Assembly (NCBI GenBank): GCA_046350815.1
Contig: JAXLZO010000001.1
Span: 1,230,001 to 1,262,000 of the forward strand
DNA length: 32,000 bases
Reading direction: 5' to 3'
Source of the DNA: Candidatus Saccharimonadota bacterium
Lineage (GTDB): Bacteria; Patescibacteriota; Gracilibacteria; BD1-5; UBA2023
Part shown: piece by piece, positions 1-11,432 of the stretch
Numbering within the stretch: position 1 is the stretch's first letter
Layout of the letters: every line of letters begins with the position of its first letter
Program-made: the position numbers and the translations under genes
The notes under the pieces: generated by a model
The model's input: only the letters and a program-made list of their open reading frames with translations
Told to the model about the DNA's origin: nothing
Database searches by the model: none

Positions 1-67
1 TCTCAGATACCTCTTGTTGTATCAGGAGCCATCAGAACCGTCTCACTTGTTGGGGCGGTTCCCGCTT

Positions 68-553
68 TTATCAGGATATATCTATCTTATAATGCTCATA
101 CTCTTTGAGCATTTTTTGTTTGTATCTATTCGAATCTATAGGAAATGCAGAAATAAGTACGATATAATCTTTTCTCTGAGACAAGACTACCAGGTAATCA
201 AAATTTTCATCTGAAATATAGTATTTTTGTTCATTATTTTTTGCTCTTTGCCAAACTTTCAAGGTGTCTACGCTGTCTATATAGTGTCGTGGGAATCGTA
301 TTCTTTTAGCTCTTGGAAGACAAAATTCTCGATCCTCAGATCATAGTTTTTCGATCGTTATAATATGGTGAAATCACCATTCGTACATTATGCCATCAAG
401 ATCCAAATATGGTTTTTTCTTGAGATTTACAGGAAAATCAAGGAAAATTGCCGATTTATTTCAGAGGGTAGATCGAAATATAGGATAAATCCTCCCGAGA
501 AAATTATGGAGTCACTCAGTATCGAGTTTTTGTTCAAGATTTGGCAATGGCAT
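68..553 (-). CDS. hypothetical protein (161 aa), last visible gene of the hsdM-DUF3800 cassette
   Basis: The frame is open from ATG (551-553) to TAA (68-70) once 5 in-frame TGA are read as Gly. The track fragment 71..262 is its C-terminus. The ATG lies 2 nt after the DUF3800 stop. No family was recognised. The C-terminus reads YLVVLSQRKDYIVLISAFPIDSNRYKQK. Confidence 0.5.
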
Positions 554-555
554 AA

Positions 556-1278
556 TTAACAGCTTATATTTTGAGGTTTCCAGAAAAAGAGATTAAATTT
601 CTTTTCTCATCTTAGTGTACTTTTTCTGAGTGAATACTTACTTCGTTCTTCAATCCGTTTTATAATTTCTATTTTCGCGGAACTGGTTTCAAGGTCTCGA
701 TTAACATAGGCAAGTGCTCACGCAAATATATCAGTCAGTTGCATTATTTCAACCTCGTGAGATCGTATGAGTTGTATTTTCTTTATGATCCTATGATTAA
801 AGTCATACATCGAATTTATAAGAACATCATTGAGTTTTTGTATTTTTTCTCAACCATTTGTATCTTTTATGTCTATATAGAAATTATAGCTATATTCAGG
901 ATCAATAATAGATAAAAGTTGCCAGTACATCTTATAGTACCAATCATTATATGTTTGATTGAATTGAGCGTGGTCGAGAGTGTCTTTATCTGTTATGACT
1001 AAGGCTCGAAGTACAATATCATCATCATCAAAAAAATAGTCTACCAAATCCAGATAAAAATCTTTTTTTGAATCCGATATTTTTGTCCATTTAACTTCTT
1101 GAAATTCTGATATTCAATGCTTTTTCTTGATTTCTTTTATCCGTGTAAAGATTTCAAATCTCTTATCTTGAGGCACTTGTACACCTGCAAGAACCATTAC
1201 TTTTTTATTTTGTCCATTGAGAGAATTATCATTCTCAAGGTGACAGCTTTCATCACAATAAAAATTGTATGTTGTCAT
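556..1278 (-). CDS. DUF3800 domain protein
   Basis: It runs from ATG at 1276-1278 to TAA at 556-558 (240 aa) and includes track ORF 850..1047. The N-terminus is MTTYNFYCDESCH, the DUF3800 Y-x-DES motif, followed by EVKWTKIS. The C-terminus is SHEVEIMQLTDIFA-G-ALAYV, and the motif Gly is encoded by TGA. Confidence 0.75.
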
Positions 1279-1282
1279 AGAT

Positions 1283-3025
1283 TTATTGGATTATCGCAGA
1301 TAAAACCCCATCCGTTTCTGCTTCGAGAGCGAGTATATCTCTCGTGATGTCTTCGAGACTTCGAGGTGGAGTGTATTCGTAGAAGTATTTATTGAAGTTG
1401 ATCTCATATCCTACTTTTTTCTCCTTCTCGCTGATCCAAGCATCAGGAGCAAATGGGAGGACTTCTCGTGCGAAGTATTCCTGTATATCTTCTTTGAGTG
1501 GGATATTTTCCTTATCTCTCAGGTCTGCATCTGGTTCTGGTTTTCCTTTCTTTGTGATGATATTTCCATTCTCATCCCTCTTTGGTCGTTCGACGATGAT
1601 CTGAGTGTAGCCGAAGTCTTCATTATCAAATATCTTTGAGTATTCTGTTTCCTTGAATCCATCAAAAAGCTCATAAATTTTCTGGATTCCTGCATCTTTT
1701 ATCTCATTTCTCTTGCTTCCGAGACTCTTCGTCATCTTCGTGAAGAACTCACTACTTGTAGCATTGATGAGTTGGATTTTACCTTTCTTGTGAGTAGGTT
1801 TTCGGTTCGTCATTACCCAGATATATGTCCCAATTCCAGTATTATAGAAGAGTTCTTTTGGGAGAGCAATGATGGCTTCGAGATAGTCATTTTCGATTAT
1901 ATGTTTACGAATCTCACTCTCTCCGCTTCCTGCATCTCCTGTGAAGAGAGCAGAACCATTGTGTACTGAGGCGATACGAGTCCCGAGTGGTGTATCGTGT
2001 TTCATTTTCGAGAGCATATGAAGGACGAAGAGGAGCTGTCCATCATTGATACGAGGAGTACCTACAGAGAATCTCTGGTCGAGTATTTCCTTTTTCTTAC
2101 CTGTAGCGAGCTTATCTTCGTCAGTCTTCCAAGACTTTCCATAAGGAGGATTCGTGAGGATAAAATCAAATCTCTCATTAGGAAATCCATCAGCCGAGAG
2201 GGTTGAACCATAGGCAACTTTATTATCTCTTTCTCACTTGAGGAGCATATCAGCCTTACAGAGTGCGTATGTCTCAGGATTTACCTCTTGTCCGAATGTA
2301 AATATATTTCCACTTGATTGAATCTTGCTCTCATCTCACTGGATAAACTCTTTTGATACCGAGAGCATACCACCACTTCCTACACACGGATCATAGATAG
2401 TGATGGGCTTATCTTTAATCTGACTTTGTACAGGGAGGAAGAGTATATTTGTCATCAGACGGATTACCTCACGAGGAGTGAAGTGCTCTCAGGCTTCTTC
2501 ATTGTTTTCTTCATTGAACTTTCGGATCAGTTCTTCGAATACATATCCCATATCGTGATTGGAGAGATTTTTTGGAGAGAGCTTTTCACTTTCACCACTG
2601 AACTCTTGGATAAGTCGGAAGAGTATATCTGCTTCTTCGAGTGTCTGAATTTGATTCTCGAATTTGAATTTTTGAAGAATATCTTGGATATTTTGACTAT
2701 ATCCATTGATATACTGTTTAAAGTTTGCTCTAAGATTGATAGGATCATTGAGAAGTTTCTTGAGCGTAAAAGGAGAAGTATTATAAAAAGCGTATCCTGT
2801 AGCACGCTCCAGAATTGGCTCGATATTGGTGATCTTGTCTTTGAATTTTTCATACTCTGCAAGAACTTTTTCTTTTGTCTCGATAAGCTCACTATCTATG
2901 CGAGTGAGGACGGTCATAGGGAGGATAACATCTCGGTACTTTCCTTTCACATAGATATCTCGAAGGACATCATCAGCGATTTTCCAGATAAAATTGATGA
3001 TAACTGAGTTGTTCTGTTGAGTCAT
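1283..3025 (-). CDS. hsdM: type I restriction-modification system, N6-adenine DNA methyltransferase subunit M
   Basis: Track ORFs 2489..3025 and 1283..2017 share a frame, and the gap between them reads through TGA. It has an HsdM N-terminal domain (IWKIADDVLRD), AdoMet motif I (IYDPCVGSGGML) and motif IV (FILTNPPYGKSW). It is 580 aa and ends in TAA. Confidence 0.9.
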
Positions 3026-3291
3026 ATAGTGACAGTAAAGTTGAGGAAAACATTATGAAAATCAGTATATAGAAGATTAGATTTGCACCAAGTTTGAGGA
3101 TAATTTTCCCAAAACATTTTGATGTATAAATGAAGATTTCCCCATTATTGAATCAATCTTACTGTATTTGATAAACTCCCCAAGATCTAAAATCTCACGT
3201 GAATATTTCGTTCGAAACAAGTCCGCCAAGGACAGCCATTCTACAAATCATCTCACCAATTAAAAAGAACTTTCTTATAAGCTCTTTTTTG

Positions 3292-3978
3292 TTATTTTTC
3301 TATAAATTTATTTTGCAGAAGTGCATCATAGACCGTTTGTGCAACGATTGTATATCCTGCCTCATTCGGATGTATTCGGTCTGCGAGATTGAGCTCTGAA
3401 CGAGTTGCTACTCCCTCCAGTAAAAATGGTATGTAACCTTTGACAGTTGGATGCTTTGAGAGATCTTGGTATATTGTTTCAAAACTCGATGTGTACTGTA
3501 TTCAAAGATTGAGTGGAGTTTTCATACCCACAAGAAGCACAGGAATGCCTCTTTGTTCGATTCGATCGAGGATCTTGACAATATTTGCCTTGATATCTGC
3601 TGGATTTTTTGACTGAAAAGCATCATTGGATCCAATAGTCAGGATGATAGCTGTAATATCATCACCTGCCAATACCCATTCTATCCTATCAAGCAGCTGT
3701 GCTGTCGTATCTCCTGATACGCCTGCATTTTCTACTGAATAAAAATACCCATTATCACGAAGTTTTTTCTCGAGCTGACTTGGATAACTCTGACGCATAT
3801 CAAGTCCATATCAAGCAGTGAGTGAATCACCCAATGCTACTATGCGTGCTGGTTTATCAACTGAGAGAGGAGTGATATTATTAACACTTTGATTTTGAGA
3901 GAGACTGCAACCACTGATGAAAAGTATGAGTGAGATGAGAACGAAGAGTCTGACTACCCATGATGAGAAAAATGACAT
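3292..3978 (-). CDS. tesA: SGNH/GDSL esterase-lipase lipoprotein (TesA-like)
   Basis: The signal peptide with lipobox is MSFFSSWVVRLFVLISLILFISGC. The catalytic block is IVALGDSLTA-G-YG, with the Gly encoded by TGA at 3811-3813. Later blocks are GSNDA and DRIHPNEAG. It ends in TAA at 3292-3294. Confidence 0.85.
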
Positions 3979-6268
3979 AAAAAGAAAAAAGTGCAAACAG
4001 TATAGCGATAATAATTCACTGTGATTTTATATCCCAAATAATCAGACTCACTCGAGCAAATAGCCACCAAAGCAAGATCATACCTATAATTATACCAGAT
4101 CAAATCGAAAGTCCGATCGGCACAATACGAGTAGTAAGACGAATTTCATCCAAGAGAAACCTCGAGGCACCCAGAAGTCGATACTGACGAAAACGGATCT
4201 CTTCTCGAGATCGATAATCTGCAAAAAGAGTGTAGAGTGCTCCTGCGAGAGCAATAACAAAAAGTATACTTACAACTCATAAAACTCGCAAAATATCAGA
4301 TGTAATTATCTGAATTTGCTTCACAACACCACTCACATCTATAAATGTAATAGCACTCGAACCATTTTTGAGAATACGTGCTTTTGTCTCCTCAATATTA
4401 TTCGTCTCAAAAGTAGCAAAATATGATCGGGGTGCAGAGGAAAAAAACTCAGGATCAACTCGAAAATAGAAAAATGGCGTCACTCCTGATCGTACGCTCT
4501 CATAGAGTGCTGATACCTCAAGAGTAATGTTTCGTCCAGCAACCAAAAATTCAATACTATCTCCTATCTTCACTCCTAGTCGATCTGCAAACTCTTCATC
4601 TACTCAAATATATGCTCATGAAGGTATATCGCCAGAATGAAGAAGCTCTGGTGCGAGCTGCGGCGTAATATTAAACTCTCTACGAAACTCTCATGTATCG
4701 GACCCATTCAGGTGATCAATAAGTGATTGTTTATTGATTTTCGTAATACGACCACGAATGATTGGATAGCTATTCGTCTCATCAATGAGTCATGCTGCAT
4801 TCAGCGATTCATAGTCACGACTTGTGATATTGAGAGCAAAAAGCTGAACACCAAGATCATCACTTGATTGAAGTGTCTGGTAAAAACTGGCACTCAACCC
4901 ACCAACACTCACAATCAAAAGGGCAGAAAGAAAAAATGACAATGTTAAGAAGACGGCTGGAAATCATCTACGACTCAAGGTGCGTATGCCATCTCTGATA
5001 CCAAAACTCAATCGAGTCTTCATTACTCAAACCCCAAGGAAACGATAGAGAGAAACTATACCCCAACCAAAAATAAAGAACAAAATACAAGCAATGAGAA
5101 AAACTCAAAGAGCAAAAAGTGTAGGAAATAATAGTGCTACAATGCATGCTATAATAGAAGCAAAAAAAATGATCAATCCTATTTTTGATCGCTGAGAAAG
5201 CAGCCCATGACCAATCCGCAAAAATATTATAATTGATATATAAACCAAACAGATGAGAAGAGTAGCTCTACTCGTTGCAACCATTACTCCCTCACTATCA
5301 AAAACAATCGGAAGTGACATTGTCGATGCTCACACAAAAAGTATGAACACAATAGCACTAGCGAGTATTGACGAGATAATCAGTAAAGTCGTATGCAAGA
5401 ATATCTCACCATAGACTATACGAGAGGAACGCATACCCAAAAGAAAAAATTGACGATATGGGCGAGTGAGTCGATCCTGAATGCGAGCAGAGAGAGAATG
5501 TATAATGATCCCACTCGAGAGAAGAATAGCAACAAATACCGCAGTAATAACACTAAATACCTCATTTACACGCTCCAAAAGTCGGTCTGATCGAGCATCA
5601 ATAAATCGTGGCTTAAATCCTGCTGACTCAATCTTCTCTGATGCACCTACCCTATCAAAAACCATCTGATCTCGAGGAGATACCAGTACGCTGTCGCTGA
5701 ATCGTGAAGATCACTCAAAAAGTGAAGACCCACTCAAAAAACTATGTGAAAGGATGACCTTACCAGTATCACCACCAAACCCTGTAAATCATCCAATCGT
5801 TGTATCGAGAATTTCATGAGTGACAGGAATCGATTTTTGGTCTATCATGAGCATGCCACTCATGACAATCGGTAATACTCAAGGAGTAACACTTGCCCCT
5901 TTTTGTCATGTAGTTATTATTCTCTCATCAAGTCGTGCATACTGTGGAAAGTCCCCATCATACGTGATGAGTTGAACCCCATAAGTATTGCCTTGTGCTC
6001 AGAGAAGAGTGGTATTGAGGGATCGGACCCGTGCAACACGGTATCAGTCACTCTTGAGCGAGGTAATCACATCTTCAGTTCAGCTCGACCCATAAGGTAT
6101 ATCAAACTGCACTTCGCTCCCAAAAATAGGTCTGTATTCTTTATCAATCTCTTTCGTGATGCTAGACTGTATTGCGCCAAGTATGGAGAAAATGATAATC
6201 GAGAAAATAATCGCAACGGACATCAAAGAGAGTGAAGCGAAAAATGATCGGTAAAGACGAAAGAGCAT
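3881..6268 (-). CDS. ybbP: ABC transporter permease with two FtsX-type domains (YbbP-like), 795 aa
   Basis: Four track fragments (6080..6268, 5330..5665, 5105..5320, 4277..4573) share one frame. I walked the gaps I checked codon by codon (3881-4277, 4574-5104, 5321-5329, 5666-6079) and found only TGA, no TAA or TAG. The ATG is 3 nt after the ATPase stop. The first TAA in frame is at 3881-3883, so the 3' end overlaps the tesA-like start by 98 nt. The length is close to E. coli YbbP (about 800 aa). Confidence 0.8.
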
Positions 6269-6271
6269 ATC

Positions 6272-6931
6272 TTATACATGATGAAGTGAAAGAGCGGAAT
6301 CATGCATAAGATAAATGCGATCAGCGAAAGATGCAATATGATGATCATGTGTGATCATGACAGTTGTGACTTTATGCTCACGAGATAACTCTGAGAAAAT
6401 AGACATGATTGGCTCTGCTGTTTTTTCATCGAGATTACCTGTCGGTTCATCAGCAAGAAGAAATGGGGCATCTTTCACAAATGCACGTGCAATACCAACT
6501 CGTTGTTGCTCACCACCAGATAAATCACTTGGATATCTCCCCGCTTTATCGCTCAGACCTACTCGATCGAGTATATCAAGCGTTGCATATCGACGTTTTG
6601 CATTTCATATCTCGATAGAGAGTTCAATATTTTCGTATACTGTGAGATGATCAAGAAGTTCAAATGACTGAAAAATCATTGATACATTCATTGCTCGAAA
6701 ATCGGAGAGTTCATCACCAATAATGGTAGTGATATCTTTTGAACCAAGTAATACTGAACCACTTGTGGGTGTCTTGAGTCCTGCCATAACTGAGAGAAGA
6801 GTCGACTTTCCAACACCGCTTGCTCCCATCAAGGCAACAAAATCACCTGATGGAATCACAAGGTCAAGATTATGAAAAAGGTCAGAGCCATCAGATTGGT
6901 GTCGGTATGAAAGATTGCTAATATGGATCAT
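6272..6931 (-). CDS. ybbA: ABC transporter ATP-binding protein (YbbA/LolD-like)
   Basis: It has Walker A (GASGVGKST), the signature LSGGEQQR, Walker B (FLLADEPTGNLD) and an H-loop (ITHD). Track ORFs 6605..7000 and 6272..6478 are joined across one TGA. The start was chosen at MIHISNLSY. Confidence 0.9.
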
Positions 6932-7316
6932 GAAATAATAATAATAATAACGAATATACGAGGCAACAAGCCATTCTATGAAATCTTGGCGAGAGAACAA
7001 GTAAAATCATAAAAAAGAATTCCATTAAAATTATATACATGCCCGATGAAAAATAGTGCGAACAAAACAGGCTGTACATCGAGTGATTAATTATTCATAA
7101 GTCGCAAGAAATAGATGGTATTCTTCAAATAGAATCATGCGAGTAAAAGGTTTGGACACATCCCAACAATTCTATCTCTTTTTTCATTTCCCTCATTTCA
7201 TGGCAAGAAGGGAATGATGTAAACCTAATTGCGGCAATTGTAACACTTTTTCCGAACGGAGGAGTTTCTTTTTTTCATTTTTCTATAGAATAGAACACAT
7301 TTACCATTTTTTGCTT

Positions 7317-8309
7317 ATGGAACTTTCCCTTCCCCTCGCCCTCCTTGCAATCGCTGGTGGACTATGACTCCTTACTTTTTGAGGCAATATCCTCGTCGAT
7401 GGAGCTGTCAGCATTGCCAAGCGATTCAAAATTTCACAGGCAATCATTGGTCTCACCATCGTTGCGATTGGTACAAGTCTGCCAGAACTCATAGTCTCCG
7501 TAACAGCCAGTCTGCAAGGCAATACAGAGATTGCTATTGCAAATGTCACTGGATCGAATATCGCAAATATATTTCTCATCCTTGGTTTGAGTGCTTTGAT
7601 AGCACCGGTGATGATATCAAAAACTGCGCGCCGATTCGATATTCCATTTGTCATCCTTACTACCCTTCTGCTTCTCCTCATGACCAGTGATAAGCTGATT
7701 GACGGAGCAGGTAGCAATTTTCTGAGTCGTATTGATGGTATCATACTCCTCTCTGTAGCTATTGCATACATCCTTTATTCTATCAAGCATCACAGTTTTG
7801 ATCATCAAGATGAAGAGCTCATCGAGGCAAGTTACTCTCTCGGAAAGACACTCATATGGATTGGCGGAGGCATAGTAGCACTCCTCATCGGAGGTAAACT
7901 CCTGGTCGATGGGGCAGTCACGGTAGCTACGAGTTTTGGACTTTCTGAGACAATTATTGGACTCACGATCGTAGCCGTAGGGACAAGTGCTCCAGAGCTT
8001 GCAACTTCGATCATTGCAGCAAGAAAATGAAATAGCGATATTGCACTCAGTAATGTTGTTGGGTCGAATATCATGAATATCCTCATCATACTTGGGGTAT
8101 CTAGTGCGATTGCTCCGCTCCCTTTTCTCGAGTCGGGAGTTCGAGATGTTCTCATTGGGCTCATGGCACCAATCATGATACTCATCCTCGGATACCTTGG
8201 ACGCAGTCATCTGACAAAGCATCACACCCTCACTCGTATCGGGGGTGGAGTCCTTGTGAGTATTTACATAGTTTTTCTTGTGATGCTTATCCTACAAGAA
8301 ATTGCATAA
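7317..8309 (+). CDS. Ca2+/Na+ antiporter, CaCA family (YrbG-like)
   Basis: Two alpha-repeat motifs are present: GLTIVAIGTSLPEL with GSNIANI, and GLTIVAVGTSAPEL with GSNIMNI. Track ORFs 7587..8030 and 8073..8309 share a frame with the ATG at 7317. TGA codons are read through. Confidence 0.85.
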
Positions 8310-8322
8310 TGACAAATGAATC

Positions 8323-8353
8323 AAAAAATCCCTCAAAATTGAGGGATTTTTTT
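8323..8353. terminator. bidirectional intrinsic terminator between convergent genes
   Basis: The sequence aaaaaatccctc-aaaatt-gagggatttttt forms a perfect 12-bp stem with an A-tract on the left and a T-tract on the right. It lies between the antiporter stop (8309) and the cyclophilin stop (8368). Confidence 0.8.
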
Positions 8354-8367
8354 AATATCTCTACGTT

Positions 8368-8853
8368 CTATATCTCATCCTCTAAAACTATCGCCCGTTC
8401 AATCACCACATCATTCATTGGACGATCAGATCGGTCAACTGGAACATTTGCAATGTCATCTACCACTTCCCATCACTCAACAACCTTTCCAAAGACACTA
8501 TGGCGACCATCAAGATAGTATGTATTATCCGCATGTACAATAAAAAATTGACTTCCATTGGTATTTGGCCCAGCATTTGCCATAGATATAACTCAGCGAT
8601 TATGGCGAAGAGACGGATGGAACTCGTCATCAAATTTTTCCCCAAAAATACTCTCACCCCCACGTCCTGTACCGGTAGGATCACCTCATTGAATCATAAA
8701 ATCCTTGATAACACGATGGAAAATAACACCATCGTAATACCCTTTGCGAACAAGTCCAAGAAAATTCTCTACCGTTCGAGGAGTGAGATCATCGGTGAGT
8801 TCAAGAGTAATATCACCATAATTGGTGCGGAGAATAACGCGTGAATGGTTCAT
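8368..8853 (-). CDS. ppiB: cyclophilin-type peptidyl-prolyl cis-trans isomerase
   Basis: Recognisable blocks are [42 protein letters not shown] and [11 protein letters not shown]. Three TGA fall on conserved cyclophilin Gly positions. The ATG is at 8851-8853 and the TAG at 8368-8370. Confidence 0.9.
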
Positions 8854-8934
8854 AAGAGGGAAAATGATGAATGAATCAAGAGAAAATACAAGTCTTCTCA
8901 GAAAATATGTGGTAATATACCCAAAATGACACTT

Positions 8935-10122
8935 ATGCAAAACGAATTATCCGAACAAACTAAAATAAATGCAGTTCTATCCTACTTCTTACTAGGACCT
9001 ATTTTTCTTTTGGCTCATTCAAATCCAAACCTTGCTCATCCTTTTGTGCGATCACATGCAAAGAACGCTTCAAAAATACTCATCATCGGGGCAATCTTAT
9101 GGTGACTTTTTCTCTTTGCATTTAGCAGCTCTCTTGCTCAATTTCATATCCCCATCATTGCACTGAGCCTCGCAAAGTGTGGAAATATGGTTATTAGTAT
9201 CTCAATCATCACTATGCTTTTTCGTGGAGCATACCAAGCATTACAAGGACTCATGACAAAAGAGGTAACGACTGAATCAATATTCACCCAAGAGGAAAAC
9301 AACCATCTATCTCAAATAGATCTCCCAACTGAACAATCTCGAACTTTGACACTTCTCTCATATATTCCATTTGTCTCTGCAGCCCTCTTCGATCGTAGAG
9401 ATATACGAGAAATCATCCGGACAGGTTATATAATTTCCTCATATTTTATTACTATCTTTCTCATACTTTTACTTTCAAGCTCAGTATCAAGTGCTGCTGT
9501 GATTCTTGGGTTTTTCTACTGTGCCTTTGCGAGCTATATGGTTATTCATGCTTTTTTCCTCCACAAACAAAGTTTTAACGAAATTATTACCAAGATTCCC
9601 ACTCGTCAAGAAATCGAACTTATTTTCCTGAGTCTCATTCCCTATATTCGATCGAGTATCCAAGAGCACACGAGTCCAGTATCTCTGAGACAAATCACAA
9701 CAAATATATATCAACAATATACGGAAACAAGCAAATCCTACCTAGAACAGTTTCCAAAAATCAGCACTCATATACTCATTCCTCTTCTTCATATTCCAGT
9801 TATATCCATTATTGCCGCGATGGTGACGAAACACCGAAAAATGCGTCTCTATCGATCTCTCTTTGCGTCAAGTGTAATAGGAGTTCTCACAATACTCTTT
9901 TGGTATTTTGGACTTCGATGATTTCTTGCACTCTCTGTAAGTTATCTCATCATTATGTCACTGAGATCTCACCTAAATAATGATGTCACGAGTGAGGTGT
10001 GTGAGTCATTCCGATTATTCCTCTCAAGAGTTCTCTTCCATGCTGGAACGCAAAAAACTAGAATACAAGCAAAGATGGAGCAGACAGAAGAGGTGGTGTT
10101 TATGAAAAAAGAACAAAAGTAA
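8935..10122 (+). CDS. polytopic membrane protein with two DUF4870-like modules
   Basis: The ATG at 8935 is in frame with track ORF 9187..9921, and the frame continues through TGA at 9919 to TAA at 10120-10122. The first module is [15 protein letters not shown]...[11 protein letters not shown], which resembles DUF4870. A second [12 protein letters not shown] module follows. Confidence 0.6.
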
Positions 10123-10159
10123 TTTGATTTATACGTAAAACGCAAGAAATTGATGTAAA

Positions 10160-10876
10160 TTGAAAAATTATGAACAACCAAAAACAACACTATTTATGCT
10201 CATGAGCGTAGACGGAAAAATATCCACAGGAGATATCGATGAGCGTGATTTTGACAAAGATTTACCCCAAATACCAGGAATTCAAGAGGGACTTCATCAA
10301 TACTATGAACTGGAAGAACAAACAGATCTATACTCATTCAATTCAAGCAAAGTACTAGCAAAAGTCGGATGGAACAACCAGAAAGAAAACATTGAGAAGC
10401 TACCAGTCAACTTCATCATTGTAGATAATCAACCGCATCTTACTTCAGTTGGAATAAGGAATTTATGTGCAAGGACGGAGTGATTATTTATTGTTACCAC
10501 AAATAAAAATCACCCAGCACTCAAAGAACTATGAGCAAATATTGAAGTTATTTACTACGAAAAAGAAATTAACTTTATAGATCTTTTTGAAAAGCTAAAA
10601 ACAAAATATCAAGTTGAAAATCTTACTGTTCAAAGTAGTGAGGAACTCAATAGTGTTTTACTGAGAAACAAACTAATTGATAAGATCTCAATAGTTATAG
10701 CCCCAGCACTCATAGGAGGAAGAAATACATCGACTTTAATAGATGGAAGTTCTCTCAATTCTCAGAAGGATCTAAGTAATATAAAAGCATTGAAGTTTGA
10801 ATCAATTACTACGCTAGATAATTCGTATATACATATAAAATACTGCGTCAAAAATGATATAGAGATACAAAAATAA
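10160..10876 (+). CDS. RibD C-terminal domain / dihydrofolate-reductase-like reductase
   Basis: The N-terminus LFMLMSVDGKISTG and the later block ISIVIAPALIGG are typical of RibD_C. Two internal TGA are read as Gly. The start is uncertain (TTG at 10160 or ATG at 10196). It ends in TAA at 10874-10876. Confidence 0.7.
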
Positions 10877-10878
10877 TT

Positions 10879-10908
10879 AAAATACGCAACTTATAAGTTG
10901 CGTATTTT
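10879..10908. terminator. bidirectional intrinsic terminator
   Basis: The sequence aaaatacgcaac-ttataa-gttgcgtatttt forms a perfect 12-bp stem flanked by A and T tracts. It lies between convergent stops at 10876 (+) and 10933 (-). Confidence 0.8.
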
Positions 10909-10932
10909 AATTATGAGCAAGGCAAATATTCT

Positions 10933-11403
10933 CTACGTGGAAATATCAACCTGCACATATCTCTCCAGGTGTTGATCTGCTCAAAAATAAAATTCAAATT
11001 CTACCTTCTCACCATCAATTACTCTTGGGAGCCAATATATATCATCTTCCCACATATCATGATATGGGATTTCATCAAGAGAAAACCATTGAGGCCTCAT
11101 TTCATCTGTCTCAACAAATGCACCACTGTAATTATGTATGAGAAACACACTCACATCTTGATTCCACTCTGGATGATCAGAAAAATAGAAGTGCAGAAGT
11201 GCTGATGATACAAGATTCTCGGGAGCTAATTGAATAGCTGTCTCCTCCAAAACCTCTCGAACCGCTGCAGCAACGAGTGTTTCTCCTGGCTCTACCTTCC
11301 CTCCTGCACCATTCCATTTACCCACGCCAAAACCACGTTTTTTCATAGCGAGAAGAATCTGATTTTTTTCATTGAAGACAAAAACAAGTGTGGATTGACG
11401 CAT
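10933..11403 (-). CDS. MTH1 (NUDT1)-like NUDIX hydrolase, probable oxidised-dNTP pyrophosphatase
   Basis: The Nudix box is LLAMKKRGFGVGKWNGAGGKVEPGETLVAAAVREVLEETAI. The C-terminal block is DEMRPQWFSLDEIPYHDMWEDDIYWLP...FYF-G-ADQ, which resembles human MTH1 as I recall it. The start was chosen at MRQSTLVF, 29 nt after the rsmF-like stop. The frame reads through TGA at 10981 to TAG at 10933. Confidence 0.85.
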
Positions 11404-11432
11404 AAACAAAAGATGAGTAAATAGCCCTCTAT

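Noticed and set aside
2426-3007. A plus-strand 193-aa ORF opposite hsdM. Similar shadow or off-frame ORFs occur inside rpoB and rpoC (30103..30684 +, 27470..27874 +, 28000..28350 +, 28815..29309 -, 29373..29732 -).
   Set aside because: They overlap frames with unambiguous conserved domains. They are shadow ORFs typical of AT-rich coding sequence.
7137-7316. A possible 60-codon N-terminal extension of the antiporter from ATG at 7137, which is in frame and open when TGA is read as Gly.
   Set aside because: The extension (MRVKGLDTSQQFYLFFHFPHF...CKPNCGNCN...) is not protein-like for this family. CaCA homologues begin at the first TM helix, which corresponds to the ATG at 7317.
6932-7316. The largest intergenic region (385 nt) was inspected for a tRNA, a small RNA, a small ORF or a riboswitch. 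It contains an imperfect hairpin around 7184-7217 and a GGAGG at 7257-7261.
   Set aside because: There are no tRNA T-loop or anticodon-arm features. The hairpin is bulged and lacks a T-tract. The small ORFs are under 20 codons. The GGAGG is too far from any start codon. Nothing is supportable without a covariance-model search.
7301-8225. Long minus-strand ORFs (7301..7771, 156 aa; 7617..8225, 202 aa; 7832..8185, 117 aa).
   Set aside because: They are antisense to the CaCA antiporter, whose plus-strand frame carries both alpha-repeat motifs. Their translations are low-complexity and Arg/Ser/Cys-rich.
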